A stretch of 31,304 bases of DNA, from assembly GCA_025363795.1 (NCBI GenBank), contig JANYLE010000300.1, positions 1-31,304 of the forward strand, given 5' to 3'. The first letter of the stretch is position 1, and the number at the start of each line of letters is the position of its first letter. Below, one piece after another: positions 8,276 to 18,900 of the stretch. Below the pieces are notes generated by a model. The model made no database searches and was not told where the DNA came from. It saw only the letters and a list, made by a program, of their open reading frames with translations. The position numbers and the translations under genes are program-made. The stretch comes from Mariniphaga sp. (GTDB taxonomy: Bacteria > Bacteroidota > Bacteroidia > Bacteroidales > Prolixibacteraceae).

Positions 8276-10432
8276 TTACAATTTAACGGTTACGCTTTTC
8301 CCGGCATAAACGGTTTGAGGTAAACCGACAGATATTTCGCTGATCCCCTTTTCTTTATTCCATGAAGAAATAAAATGATCGCCACTGCTTTCGATCTTCT
8401 TATTAACAGTTAAATGAATTCTGCCCAGTTTTCGCGAAGGATCCGAAACCGAAATCTCTTTTAGGTTGGAGCCTTCTGTTATAGCCATTACAAGACCAGG
8501 ACTATCTATGCCGATTTTCAAATCATTGCTAATCTGAATCTCACCGGATTGATAGAAGACTACCTGACAAATATTTGAATCCAACTGTTTTACTGCCTGA
8601 ATGAAAGCAGTATTTGATAAAACTTCGATACTGCCTTTTTTACTGTATTGCTCCATCTGCTGTCGAGTGGTTGATGGAAAGACGATATATTCATAAGTTG
8701 AATCCTGTGGTTGTGATCCGTGATTTATCCAGAGTTTGAAAACCTCACTCGTAATTTCTTCTTTGGGTGAATCGGCCTGATGATTGATTTTATACCAGCT
8801 CCCGGTTTCGGCCTGAGCCGACAGGTTGACTTTCTGATGTTTGGGAAAAAGATAACCGATCCCATCATGCAAAATCCACCTTACATTATTCATTTCCTGA
8901 ACACCTTGTTTAACGATTGTATTCCCATTCGCTCCATTTGCGATGACATCTCCACGCAATAAACACTGGTTCATTGTTGTCGCAACCGGTAATTTTGCAT
9001 CTGAACTGATCCCTGCACCAAGACAAACATATTCATGATCGAAAAAGAACCATGCTTTCTTTGCATGCAAAGGGTCATGCGGGCTTTTGAAATCGAAAGC
9101 AACCGCTCCGGTTTTACCATTCGTAACCGCCCCAACAAAATCAGTGAGCCCTTTCTTTTGAATTTCTTTTTCCGAAGGGAGCGAAGGTTTCTGCACAATG
9201 GTTGTTCCGGGGATTTTCTGCCAGTCATAAACAGGTGAGATATTGTAATATTCATCCCCTTTGCATGAAATGTAATTGGTTCCGTCACCACGGTGATGGT
9301 TCATTAACCCTTCGCCGTTATAAGGTTCCTCCATATTGCAAATCCGCGATGAGTACATTCTGACCGATGTAAAGTAATCAGGACACTGGAATGTGAAATG
9401 TTCCGATTGCCAGTAAAAAGTACTGTGAGATAATGTCGTAATGGCCTCACCTTTTCGGATTTTTACAATTTCTTCCAATTCTGCCTTTCTGTAAGTTGTC
9501 GTACCAAGTAATCTTTCGGGTGTCGCTGTTCCAAAAGCAGGATGTCCGTCAAAACGGGTTATATCGCGGTTCATCGCTCCCGGATCGGGATATTTTCCGA
9601 AAACCATCATTTTGCAGATACCATCAAGGTAATAATCAATCAATTGTCGAAGAGGCTGATCGGAAAATTTGTACCGGGTACCCGCAACACTGGCCGCCCA
9701 CTCGGCAAAAGCATCAGCATATCCCGTCCCGTAGGATAAGGTATTGTTCACCTTGTCTTCGCGGTGATGAAAACTAAAATCATACTGCATACCACGGCCG
9801 GTTGAGAATTTAATTTCGCCTTCAATAACCCGGATTACATCATTAAACTGAGCCTCATCATGATTAAAAAGACAAGTCTTGGCCAGGATACCGGCGATTT
9901 TGATACGGTCACCACTTGGGCGGGCACCAGTGGCATTCAAATTGGCACGGCCTACCATTGGTAAGGTTTTTGCAATTTGTTCCTTGCTAAGATCTTTATC
10001 CATGATCAGCAACATACTAACCAGTTGAGTTGGTGTACCGATCTGGTTCCACCACCAGTTTTCGCAAATAAAGTCATTGGCAAGCCAGTAATTGAGTGTC
10101 GAATCAATTATTTTCCTGAGCTTCTTATTGCCTTTAAAGGCGGAACCCTCTTTTTTGAACGCGCGGCTTAAGGCTACCATATTACTTAAGTGCCTTCCGT
10201 GTTCGAACCCTGTTTTGGAAACATCGGTATAGTTGATGTCGGGCCAGGTGCCATCCTCACGAATTGTATTCATCAGATGAATAATCTCGGCTTTGTTGAT
10301 TTCAGGTTGCATCATCTCAGCCACAAACCGTTTCCTTAGAAGATCAAAATCGGAATTTGCCCCGGAAACCATGCCAAAGGAAAAAGTGCATAAAAATACA
10401 ATGAAAAAAAAGCGATAATTTAAATTCTTCAT
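8276..10432 (-). CDS. Polysaccharide lyase family 8 (chondroitin AC/hyaluronate lyase fold), 718 aa
   Basis: Start moved to ATG 10432 (MKNLNYRFFFIV signal peptide). PL8 motifs NWWWNQIG, MQYDFSFHH...SYG, FTSVRMYS, NGEGLMNHHRGDG, YDWQKIPGTT, KKAWFFFD. Confidence 0.88.
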   Translation of the reverse strand: MKNLNYRFFFIVFLCTFSFGMVSGANSDFDLLRKRFVAEMMQPEINKAEIIHLMNTIREDGTWPDINYTDVSKTGFEHGRHLSNMVALSRAFKKEGSAFKGNKKLRKIIDSTLNYWLANDFICENWWWNQIGTPTQLVSMLLIMDKDLSKEQIAKTLPMVGRANLNATGARPSGDRIKIAGILAKTCLFNHDEAQFNDVIRVIEGEIKFSTGRGMQYDFSFHHREDKVNNTLSYGTGYADAFAEWAASVAGTRYKFSDQPLRQLIDYYLDGICKMMVFGKYPDPGAMNRDITRFDGHPAFGTATPERLLGTTTYRKAELEEIVKIRKGEAITTLSHSTFYWQSEHFTFQCPDYFTSVRMYSSRICNMEEPYNGEGLMNHHRGDGTNYISCKGDEYYNISPVYDWQKIPGTTIVQKPSLPSEKEIQKKGLTDFVGAVTNGKTGAVAFDFKSPHDPLHAKKAWFFFDHEYVCLGAGISSDAKLPVATTMNQCLLRGDVIANGANGNTIVKQGVQEMNNVRWILHDGIGYLFPKHQKVNLSAQAETGSWYKINHQADSPKEEITSEVFKLWINHGSQPQDSTYEYIVFPSTTRQQMEQYSKKGSIEVLSNTAFIQAVKQLDSNICQVVFYQSGEIQISNDLKIGIDSPGLVMAITEGSNLKEISVSDPSRKLGRIHLTVNKKIESSGDHFISSWNKEKGISEISVGLPQTVYAGKSVTVKL

Positions 10433-10470
10433 CCGCAAATAGTTGGTTTTAGTATTTCGTTTAGCTTTCC

Positions 10471-10506
10471 CCCGCCTGATCCGATTCATTGGGGATCAAT
10501 CGCGGG
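10471..10506. other. Intercistronic stem-loop without U-tract
   Basis: CCCGC/GCGGG plus TGATCC/GGATCA arms around a 10-nt loop, in the gap between the 10538 and 10432 genes. Confidence 0.35.
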
Positions 10507-10537
10507 AATCAATTTTATTCCATTATTTTACATCGGC

Positions 10538-12604
10538 CTATTGATGCATAATAATCGTTTTTTCGGCACTGATTTTCTTATCTGATTTCAAATCTGTTCC
10601 GTTACCGGCATAACGATTTCGGAATACGTTAATATTTTTACCCGCATACGATTCCACTCCGAAACCGGCATTGTAATGAATCAGGTTATCATTGATCTTT
10701 ACATTCCCCGAACCATTAAAAAGGTACTGGATCAAAATTCCATTTGCATCGTTGGCTTCCAGAAGATTCCCTGATACGGCAATTTCACGGCTTTCAGTGA
10801 TCAGCAATCCAGACCATGCGTTTCGTGCCAGTTCGCAACTGGCTACGCTGACATCAATACATTCTGTCAATGCAATGCCACAACCATTTGGAGAAGTATC
10901 CATGCGGCTCTCCCTGATATCGATTTTTGAACAATGCGTTAAAAGCAGATTGTGCTGAAGCCTGGGACCAGGTACCACACTTGCACCATTTTCATTAAAA
11001 TCGCAGCAGATTATATTCACATTAGTTGTAGCGTTGATAAATACACCGTTGTAGGTGCAGTTTTTTACTGTCAGATTCCGGAGTGTAATATTACTCATTT
11101 GATTTTCGTGCTGGCTCAGAAAAATAATCCCGCCACGATTGGCACCGCTTCTGTACGAACGACGGCTGTTTGGATCACTGCCCGGATCTGTATCCGGAGC
11201 CCCTTCCACTACAAGATCGCATATTGTGATATCGTGCATATCGTCGGATGCATTTACAACTGCATCGCGCAAACCTGAGGCGGGGTCGAGAAAGAGTACT
11301 GTTTCGAGGCCTTCACCCGAAAGGGTAATTCCTGAGGGTATTTTAAGCGTTGCGATAAGTTTATGGATCCCGGCCGTCGCGATCACCCAGCCATTTTTAC
11401 CAGCCGCTTCATCGAGCGCGGTCTGTATGGATTGTCCTGGTGTTACGCGGATGGCATTACCGGGAGTTTTCGTAATTGCCAGATTCATTGCTCCTGCAGG
11501 ATAGGCGATGGACGAAGGAGATATTGTGGCTAATGGATTTATCTTTTTTGATGGTGACCTGAATGCCGTAAGCACACTCCGGCTGGCTTTAGGCCGGGCG
11601 GAGTCAGCAGCCATTCCGGTATATGGAAGATCGATGCCTTGAGATGCATAGTGCCTGTAAACATATTCATAGTCGTCGCGGATGACTTTTGCCCGCTCCG
11701 AGATTTTACCGTAACACTGCGGCGTCTTTCCGTTCAGAAATTGTGCGGTATATTCGTAGCCTAAAGCAATCCGGTTATTGGCAACCGAAAATAAATCAAC
11801 TCCCTGCGTCCATGCAACGCGTGCTGCTCCGGCAAATTCACCCAATCCAAGCTGAACATGACCCTGGTCGCGCATGCTTTCCTGGCACTGCCCGCTCGGA
11901 TAAATGTATTTAAAAATGCTGCCGTTGACGGGTGAATGTAAAAAGTGATCAACGGCATTATTGAACATCTCGCGGTTATCTGTAAAAATGGCAATTGCCA
12001 GAATTGAATGAATGATCGCGCCGTCCCAGTTGCCATTGGCTTGCGGATAATAGAACCGCATCAGAGGATAATAAACGGTCATGAGCATCTGGCTGAACCG
12101 ATCGATCTCATTCTGTTTCCAGCCCGAATCGGTATAACGGAGAATCTCAGCAGTATTGCACAAAAGGTGACCTGTCCATCCTGCGAGTAGCTTCGCATCA
12201 TTATAATCAAAATCCCACAAAACAGGCGACCACTTGTTCAATGCTTCAATCGCCTTGTCTGCATAGGGACGATCGCCCGTGATGTACCAAATCAATGCGC
12301 AGTTGTAAGCAAGGTTAGACCCTTTTGATAAATCGTCGCCACCGATGTTCGGCTTGCCATAAGGACCCCTGACCACATGAGCAAAGGGTTTTATATCAAA
12401 CTGAAGGTCGGTTGCAACCTTAAGACGGCCGAACGCTTCTTTCCATGGACTTTCCCCTGCAAGTACCTGCTTTTTCATATATTCCAGATCTGACAATGTC
12501 TGGTCTACACCGGGGTGAATAAATTTCCGCTCAGAGGAAGTTTGAGCAGAGCAGATAAAACCGATCAATACAAACAATATGCTTGAACACAATATTCTGG
12601 ACAT
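10538..12604 (-). CDS. Two-domain secreted protein: alginate-lyase-type (alpha/alpha) toroid plus C-terminal right-handed beta-helix, 688 aa
   Basis: Start moved to ATG 12604 (MSRILCSSILFVLIGFICSA-Q). N-half has FIHPG, YNCALIWYITGD, NGNWD, GQCQESMRDQGH. C-half starts VTPGQSIQTALD...LKIPSGITLSGEG, followed by Asn/Cys-ladder beta-helix repeats. Confidence 0.72.
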   Translation of the reverse strand: MSRILCSSILFVLIGFICSAQTSSERKFIHPGVDQTLSDLEYMKKQVLAGESPWKEAFGRLKVATDLQFDIKPFAHVVRGPYGKPNIGGDDLSKGSNLAYNCALIWYITGDRPYADKAIEALNKWSPVLWDFDYNDAKLLAGWTGHLLCNTAEILRYTDSGWKQNEIDRFSQMLMTVYYPLMRFYYPQANGNWDGAIIHSILAIAIFTDNREMFNNAVDHFLHSPVNGSIFKYIYPSGQCQESMRDQGHVQLGLGEFAGAARVAWTQGVDLFSVANNRIALGYEYTAQFLNGKTPQCYGKISERAKVIRDDYEYVYRHYASQGIDLPYTGMAADSARPKASRSVLTAFRSPSKKINPLATISPSSIAYPAGAMNLAITKTPGNAIRVTPGQSIQTALDEAAGKNGWVIATAGIHKLIATLKIPSGITLSGEGLETVLFLDPASGLRDAVVNASDDMHDITICDLVVEGAPDTDPGSDPNSRRSYRSGANRGGIIFLSQHENQMSNITLRNLTVKNCTYNGVFINATTNVNIICCDFNENGASVVPGPRLQHNLLLTHCSKIDIRESRMDTSPNGCGIALTECIDVSVASCELARNAWSGLLITESREIAVSGNLLEANDANGILIQYLFNGSGNVKINDNLIHYNAGFGVESYAGKNINVFRNRYAGNGTDLKSDKKISAEKTIIMHQ

Positions 12605-12621
12605 GATATAGTTTATCAAAG

Positions 12622-12667
12622 AAAAAGATAGCCGTTGATCCGGGATTTCTCCAATCAACGGCTATCT
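12622..12667 (-). terminator. Rho-independent terminator-like hairpin inside the operon
   Basis: Perfect 14-bp inverted repeat AGATAGCCGTTGAT (12626-12639) / ATCAACGGCTATCT (12654-12667), followed on the minus strand by UUUUCUUUG. Confidence 0.7.
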
Positions 12668-12679
12668 GTATAAAAATTA

Positions 12680-13663
12680 TTACTTCATCAGGTATCGTTT
12701 AATGCTTATCGTCATGCTTGAAGCGGCGTTATTTACCGCATTAATATAGACATAAGCCCTGTATTTACCATCCGCAGTTTCTACCCATGTACCAGCCTGA
12801 GCTTTCAGATTGATCACAAAGTTAGGGGCGTTGGTAAAATCTACAACCTGAAAGTCAACATCATCAATATAAATACCATACTGCAAACGTGCAAGGTTGA
12901 AATCATTCAATGCCCATGTTTTTGACATTTTCGTAACCTTGTTGACACCTGCAGGAAGCGTAATTCCGGGAAGGTATTCAGCACTTGCACCGGGAGATGC
13001 GAGGGCATGGTTAAATGTAATTCCCGTAATCGCGCGGTATAAATAAACCAGGTCGATCTTATCAGCATTTGCAGCAGCTGTTGCAGCATCATAGATTGCC
13101 ATATCAGCGATTGAAATATAACAAGCCTTATTATCAGTGGCAACAAGATCAAGTTTCATATCCATTTTAGTAATGGCATAAGGTCCCATAGAATAGGATA
13201 CCGTTTGTCCATTGCTTGCTGTGGCAGAGAATGTAAACGAAACAGATTTTCCGCGTGCGGCTTCAGGAATCGTATAAAAAAACCGAAGTGTTGAAGCACA
13301 GGTGTCTTTTGTAAAAGTGACCACCGTTTTCGTGTCGGTTGTTACCGAAGGAGATCCAACTGTAATTCCAACATCCACTCCACTTGCTGAGGTATAAAAC
13401 GACCTGTTTTCGAGATAGGTTCCAGTTGCGGCCGGAATGGTAGCCTCCACCTGCGCGGAGATAATTTTACCTTCTTTAGCCGGAAGAGCAATTGCATAGG
13501 CAAACTCGATGTTGTTCCCAACGATATTCGGGCCCAGCGTTCTTTTAATACAATCATTATTTAATCCTGTTTTGCCAACTGGGACAGTATATTCATCATT
13601 CTTACACGAATTAAAGAAAATGATTAATATCAGTGGGATTAAGCTAAAATATTTACGTTGCAT
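12680..13663 (-). CDS. Surface lipoprotein, candidate surface glycan-binding protein (DUF4466-like)
   Basis: Lipobox FNS-C20 followed by KNDE; beta-rich; lies downstream of susD. The DUF label is recalled, not searched. Confidence 0.6.
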   Translation of the reverse strand: MQRKYFSLIPLILIIFFNSCKNDEYTVPVGKTGLNNDCIKRTLGPNIVGNNIEFAYAIALPAKEGKIISAQVEATIPAATGTYLENRSFYTSASGVDVGITVGSPSVTTDTKTVVTFTKDTCASTLRFFYTIPEAARGKSVSFTFSATASNGQTVSYSMGPYAITKMDMKLDLVATDNKACYISIADMAIYDAATAAANADKIDLVYLYRAITGITFNHALASPGASAEYLPGITLPAGVNKVTKMSKTWALNDFNLARLQYGIYIDDVDFQVVDFTNAPNFVINLKAQAGTWVETADGKYRAYVYINAVNNAASSMTISIKRYLMK

Positions 13664-13675
13664 AGTCTGTTGTTT

Positions 13676-14086
13676 TTAAAGTTTCGGTTGAACCGTAATA
13701 TAGACCGTATATGTCTTTTTCACAATACGGTTACCCGAGATTACCGTATACTTTTTAGGATTCGCCAAATCGGAGAAATCAACCTTGCCTGTAATCTTAG
13801 GATCAAGTTTGGCATCGGTTACAAGCGAAAACTGTGGATACAGGTTTTTAAGATCAGTACCATAAAATACAACGGCATTAATGGTTAGGGCAGTCGTATC
13901 TATAACTGCAGCAGTAGTCCTAACCGTCTGGAAGTCGGCGCCAAGCAATTCAAAATTACTCACATAGCATTGTGCCCTTGTTGTAATTAAAAGACCGTCT
14001 TCGTCCACAGGATAATCCTTGGAACATCTAACCCATGCAAATATGATAAGTATCAGCGAAACTATTATTATTGAATATTTTTTCAT
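13676..14086 (-). CDS. Small Ig-like lipoprotein, candidate surface glycan-binding or SusCD accessory protein (136 aa)
   Basis: Hydrophobic leader with C21 then SKDYPVDED; DFS...KKYTVIS...KTYTVYITV resembles the Ig-like modules of PUL lipoproteins. Confidence 0.6.
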   Translation of the reverse strand: MKKYSIIIVSLILIIFAWVRCSKDYPVDEDGLLITTRAQCYVSNFELLGADFQTVRTTAAVIDTTALTINAVVFYGTDLKNLYPQFSLVTDAKLDPKITGKVDFSDLANPKKYTVISGNRIVKKTYTVYITVQPKL

Positions 14087-14130
14087 TTCATCATTTTTTT
14101 AAACATTTTTCAATATCCTCAGAAGAAAAA

Positions 14131-15972
14131 TTACATCCATGGTTTATTCTGGGTAAGATTTGGATTACGGTTACGTTCTCCCGGTGGAATCCTGAAAATA
14201 TAACACTGTTGATAAGCCAACTCAGAAGAGTTCACAAAATACTGAGATTGGTTTGCACCGTTAGTATCAATTCTCCAGACTCCAAGGCCATAAGGTGGGC
14301 ACCATACTCTTTCAATCGCTCTCCAGCGACGAAGGTCGAAACCGCGCTGTCCTTCTGCAAAAAGTTCAACAATACGCTCCTGCTCGATTGCAGAAAAAAA
14401 CGATGCTTTGTCTCCTGTTTTTGAAGCAGCCAATACGGGTAAGTTACCGCGATGACGAACTTTATTGACCAGTGCAATAGCGTCTGCCTGCGGACCATTT
14501 ACTTCGTTTGTAGCTTCGGCATACATGAGGTAAACATCAGCCAGACGCATAACAGGATAACTATAATCTCCTTCACTACGACCTTGACCGGCATAATTAC
14601 GAAGGAATTTACGGAACACATAACCGGAGTTGGTTCCGTCTGTATTGTAAGTAATATAAGATACTCCGTTAATTGTAATGGTTGATGCCCAGGTTTTGTA
14701 AATAAAAGGACACATCCCAGTTGATTTCAGCGAAGCAAGACCAACACTCATTTCGTAATCCCACATAATGGATGATTTCATACGATAGTCGCGATTGGCA
14801 TAACTTGCAGGATTTACTGCCGAATTAAGTTTAGTGCGGGCACCTGCCGCGGTTGGATTCGTTGGAATCAGCTTCGGTGCAAAGTCTCCGGTAATTGTTG
14901 ATTGATATCTGTCGGCAATTTCATATCGCGGAGCAACCCAGCACTGTGACCCTTCATGTGAACGACCGGCAACATCACGCATCAATTCTTCACCCTGGTT
15001 GGTACCTGTTCCTCCATGAGTAAAAGCCATAATCAATTCAGGATCATTATTGGCAACAGGCATAAAGAGGTAAAAATAATTTGGAAGTACATCCGCATTA
15101 CCCATTGTTCCTACATCACCTGGTTCTCCGCTCCGAAACAGTGTCAGACCATAATTGGTGATAACAGCATTGAAGTCAGCGGCAGCGGCAGTATAGGCTG
15201 CAGTTGCAGCATTGGCATCAGGTACAAATGTATCCAATTCAGGCCAACCGAATTTATTCCAGCAAGCCCAGTAAAGTTGTAATTTACCACGGAAAGCCAA
15301 AGCTGCAGGTTTCGCGGCACGACCGGAAACAGATGCTTTAATGGGCAATTTGTCAAATGCATAGGTAAAGTCTGCCATGATAGAATCTTTTATCTGAGCG
15401 ATAGGGATTCTTTTAAGCGTCGATACTTCAGTATCTGAATAGATAATTTTTGAGAAATAAGGGACATCTCCCCACATGGAAATCAGGCGGAAATAAACCA
15501 TACCACGAAGAAGACGAGCCTCACCAATAACAGCCTCAAGACCGGCAACAGAACTTGGTTTTGCCGTAGGTAGCATCTTCGTCACATTCTCAATAACATA
15601 ATTTGTACGGTTTACACCTCCATAAAGGGAACTATACATCTTATCAAAGCTGCTGCCATATCCGTTTGGATTGTAGTTGCCGCCGTTATAGGCATCCCCA
15701 AGACGAAGATTACCACTTGTTGTACTGGTACCGCGGGTTCTCACATATTCACCGTGTCCGTCCATGTAATAATCCCTGTCAAATAAAGGTCTTACAGCCG
15801 AATAGGCTCCCATCAGAGCGGTAGTTGCATCAGCTTCCGTATTCCAAAAAGCTGAAGAAGGCAAGTCGACCGTAGGCTGCTGCTCAAGCAGATTCTTTGT
15901 GCATGAACTTGCAAAAAACGCCATTCCTGCGAACGCAGAGATAACTAATATTTTGTAATTTAACTTTTTCAT
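14131..15972 (-). CDS. susD: SusD/RagB family glycan-binding lipoprotein
   Basis: Lipobox ASS-C24; GEARLLRGMVYFRL..WGDVP, VMRLADVYLMYAEA, ERIVELFAEGQRGFDLRRW, NPNLTQN; directly downstream of susC. Confidence 0.95.
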   Translation of the reverse strand: MKKLNYKILVISAFAGMAFFASSCTKNLLEQQPTVDLPSSAFWNTEADATTALMGAYSAVRPLFDRDYYMDGHGEYVRTRGTSTTSGNLRLGDAYNGGNYNPNGYGSSFDKMYSSLYGGVNRTNYVIENVTKMLPTAKPSSVAGLEAVIGEARLLRGMVYFRLISMWGDVPYFSKIIYSDTEVSTLKRIPIAQIKDSIMADFTYAFDKLPIKASVSGRAAKPAALAFRGKLQLYWACWNKFGWPELDTFVPDANAATAAYTAAAADFNAVITNYGLTLFRSGEPGDVGTMGNADVLPNYFYLFMPVANNDPELIMAFTHGGTGTNQGEELMRDVAGRSHEGSQCWVAPRYEIADRYQSTITGDFAPKLIPTNPTAAGARTKLNSAVNPASYANRDYRMKSSIMWDYEMSVGLASLKSTGMCPFIYKTWASTITINGVSYITYNTDGTNSGYVFRKFLRNYAGQGRSEGDYSYPVMRLADVYLMYAEATNEVNGPQADAIALVNKVRHRGNLPVLAASKTGDKASFFSAIEQERIVELFAEGQRGFDLRRWRAIERVWCPPYGLGVWRIDTNGANQSQYFVNSSELAYQQCYIFRIPPGERNRNPNLTQNKPWM

Positions 15973-15985
15973 AATTTCAGCTTAT

Positions 15986-18900
15986 TTAAAAACCAACATT
16001 AATACCAATAGAGAACGACTTGTTCAGCGGATACAAATCGCTTGCATTTCCAATTCTTTCAGGGTCAAGACCTCTGAATTTTGTAAATGTTGCAAGGTTC
16101 TCTGCGGATGCGTAAATGCGTAAATTTTCAATAGACAGCTTCGACAATATTACCTTTGGAAGATTATATCCTAACTGAATGTTTTTAACGCGGATAAAGC
16201 TGAGGTCATCCAACCAGAAACTTGTCTGAGCAACGTTGTTTCCAAGACCGGCCAAACGTGGCCAAATACCTGTTGGATTGGAAACAGACCATGGATTGTT
16301 CCATTGTGTCCAGCTTGAAGCATAACGGGTTTGCGGAATATTCGTTGTGTTGTAACTGTTCAGCCAGTAGTCCTTGCGACCTGCAGAACCCTGCAACAAA
16401 ATATTAAGGTCAAAACCCTTCCATGAACAACTTGTCGTCAAACCAAAGTTGGTAGTTGGACGGTCACGTTGAATATTAGTATTGGCCACCTGGTCGTTTC
16501 CGTCAATCTTGCCGTCGCCATTGACGTCTTTAAGAAGAAGGTCACCTGGAGATGCTCCCTGGGGTGTTGCATTATAAACATCCTGCCATGTTTTTGCAAT
16601 ACCCTTATCCTTGTATCCGTAAACAAAATGGTAAGGCATATTTAAGTATACATAGCCCCTGTCGAGATATCCGCTCCAGCTTTCAAGTTGCGTTGTATTG
16701 TACGAAACGTTGAGGTTAACTGAATAATGGAATTTATTAATGTCATCTTTCCATGTGATATTGCCTTCAAAACCACGGTTACGAAGGTTGCCAATGTTAA
16801 CGCGTGGTGCAGTATAGGCACCGGTTAGCAGGTTCGACATCGAAGATGGCTGATTCATTCCTGAAGTCAGACGATCGTAATAGTCAAGCTCTGTTGTCAG
16901 ATGATTATTCAGGAAGCCAAGGTCCAAACCAGCATTAAACACTGTGGTCGTTTCCCACGAAAGAGACTGGTTTGTCATCTTCTGACTGATAAAACCGTTG
17001 ACAATAGTACCGCCAGTCATATAGGCACTTGCACCAAGTGTGGGCTGTTGTTCATAACGACCAACACCACTGTTGTTACCTAAACTACCATAAGAGACTC
17101 GGAACTTACCGCTGTTTAACCATCTTTCGGTATATTTTTTCAGAAAATCTTCCTGGGTAAAACGCCAGCCAAGAGCGGCTGATGGGAAAAAACCAAACTG
17201 GTGACCGGGAAGAAATTTCGAAGATCCGTCATAACGACAGTTTGCCTCAAATAAATATTTGTCGTAGGCCGAATAATTTAATCTTCCAATATAGGAACGA
17301 AGACCTTCAGTACCTGAATTACCGCCGGTTGTCTGGATTGTTGTCAACGCCGCGTCAATTTCATGAAGCGTCGGATAAAGACGGTCATTTCGCGATGCAG
17401 ATTCAAAACGGTCGTACCAGAATTCTTCACTATAAACGAACAAAGCACTTAAGTCGTGATGTTTGGCAATGGAAGTATGATAACTTAGACTGCTGTTCAG
17501 CTGTGTTTTATAACCTGTCTTTGTTTCGTTGCTAATTCCTGCGTTGGCGCCAACATAGACGCGTGATCCAAATGCCTTTGTCTGAAAATTATAGGCCGTG
17601 TTTGGAGTGGCAGCCGACCATAAGAATTGGTTGTAATAGTTCAGCGAATAATCAATGCGGGCCGTTAAACCCTTAATTGGTGACCAGTCGCCATAGATAC
17701 TTGTATTGGCTTCCTGACGGTTTTGATGATTGAGGTTATTGATATAGTTCGTATATGGATTATATGCCTGCGGATCTTCACTATAAGCCATTACTCCGCC
17801 ATAATTGCCAGTAACAGGATCGTAAGGAGTAATCCCTGAAATTGCATACTGCATATCATATCCGGCCGTATTTGTGGCTGTCGGATCGGTGAATCCCTGT
17901 GACCAGAAATAGGTGTATTTTGACCAGTTACCTGCAAACTTAACGCCAATGTTGATATTATCACGTACTTTATAGTCGTAATTGAAACGGGCATTGTATC
18001 GTGAAAAATCATTATTGATCTGTAAGCCCTTCTGATCCATAACTCCTATTGAGATATAGAAGTTTGATTTCTCATTGCTTCCTGAAACAGAAAGATCATA
18101 ATGCTGAACTTCACCATTCCGCATAATGATATTCCACCAGTCAGTGCTTGGATACTGTAAAGGATTGATCATTCCCAAAGCCATCCACTGGTCAATGGTA
18201 CCGTCTTTATAGGTGGAATTTGCACGAAGTGTATTGACGGCATTGGCGCGTTGTTCGAGCGTGAGTGCACGTGGATAGTCAGCCATAAAGTCATAGGCTT
18301 TTGTTGGAGTTTCACTTGCATATGAACTCGAAAAATTGATTGATGTTTTGCCCTGACCCTTACCCGATTTGGTAGTGATTAGTATAACGCCGTTCGCAGC
18401 ACGCGAACCATAAACAGCTGATGAAGCTGCATCTTTCAAAACGGAGATGCTTTCGACATCATTCATGTTTATCCTGTTGATGTCAACATCAGGCATACCA
18501 TCTACAACAACTAACGGAGATGCCGAGTTAATCGTACCCAATCCGCGGATGATCATTGTTGCCTGGTCGTTTCCTGCCATACCTGATGATTGGGTAACTG
18601 CAAGACCCGGAATCAAACCCGACATCCCTGAAGATAAATTCGTCAGCGACCGGCTGGTGAGCTTTTCATCAATTTTAACCGAAGAAACAGCACCGGTGAG
18701 ATTTACTTTCTTTTGGGTACCGAAACCAACGACAACAACCTCCTCAACGCCAATCACATCTGCAGCCATAACAACTGACAATGTTGTACTTGCACCTAAA
18801 GTTATCTCCTGGGGAATTAACCCCACAAAAGAAAACACCAAAGTTTTGGCATTTGCAGGCACAGAGATCGAAAACTTCCCATCGAAATCAGTGATTGTTC

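Noticed and set aside
6277-12658. Longer track starts at 6306, 10489 and 12658
   Set aside because: Downstream ATGs at 6276, 10432 and 12604 put signal peptides at the N-terminus; the extensions cross intergenic hairpins or use non-ATG codons.
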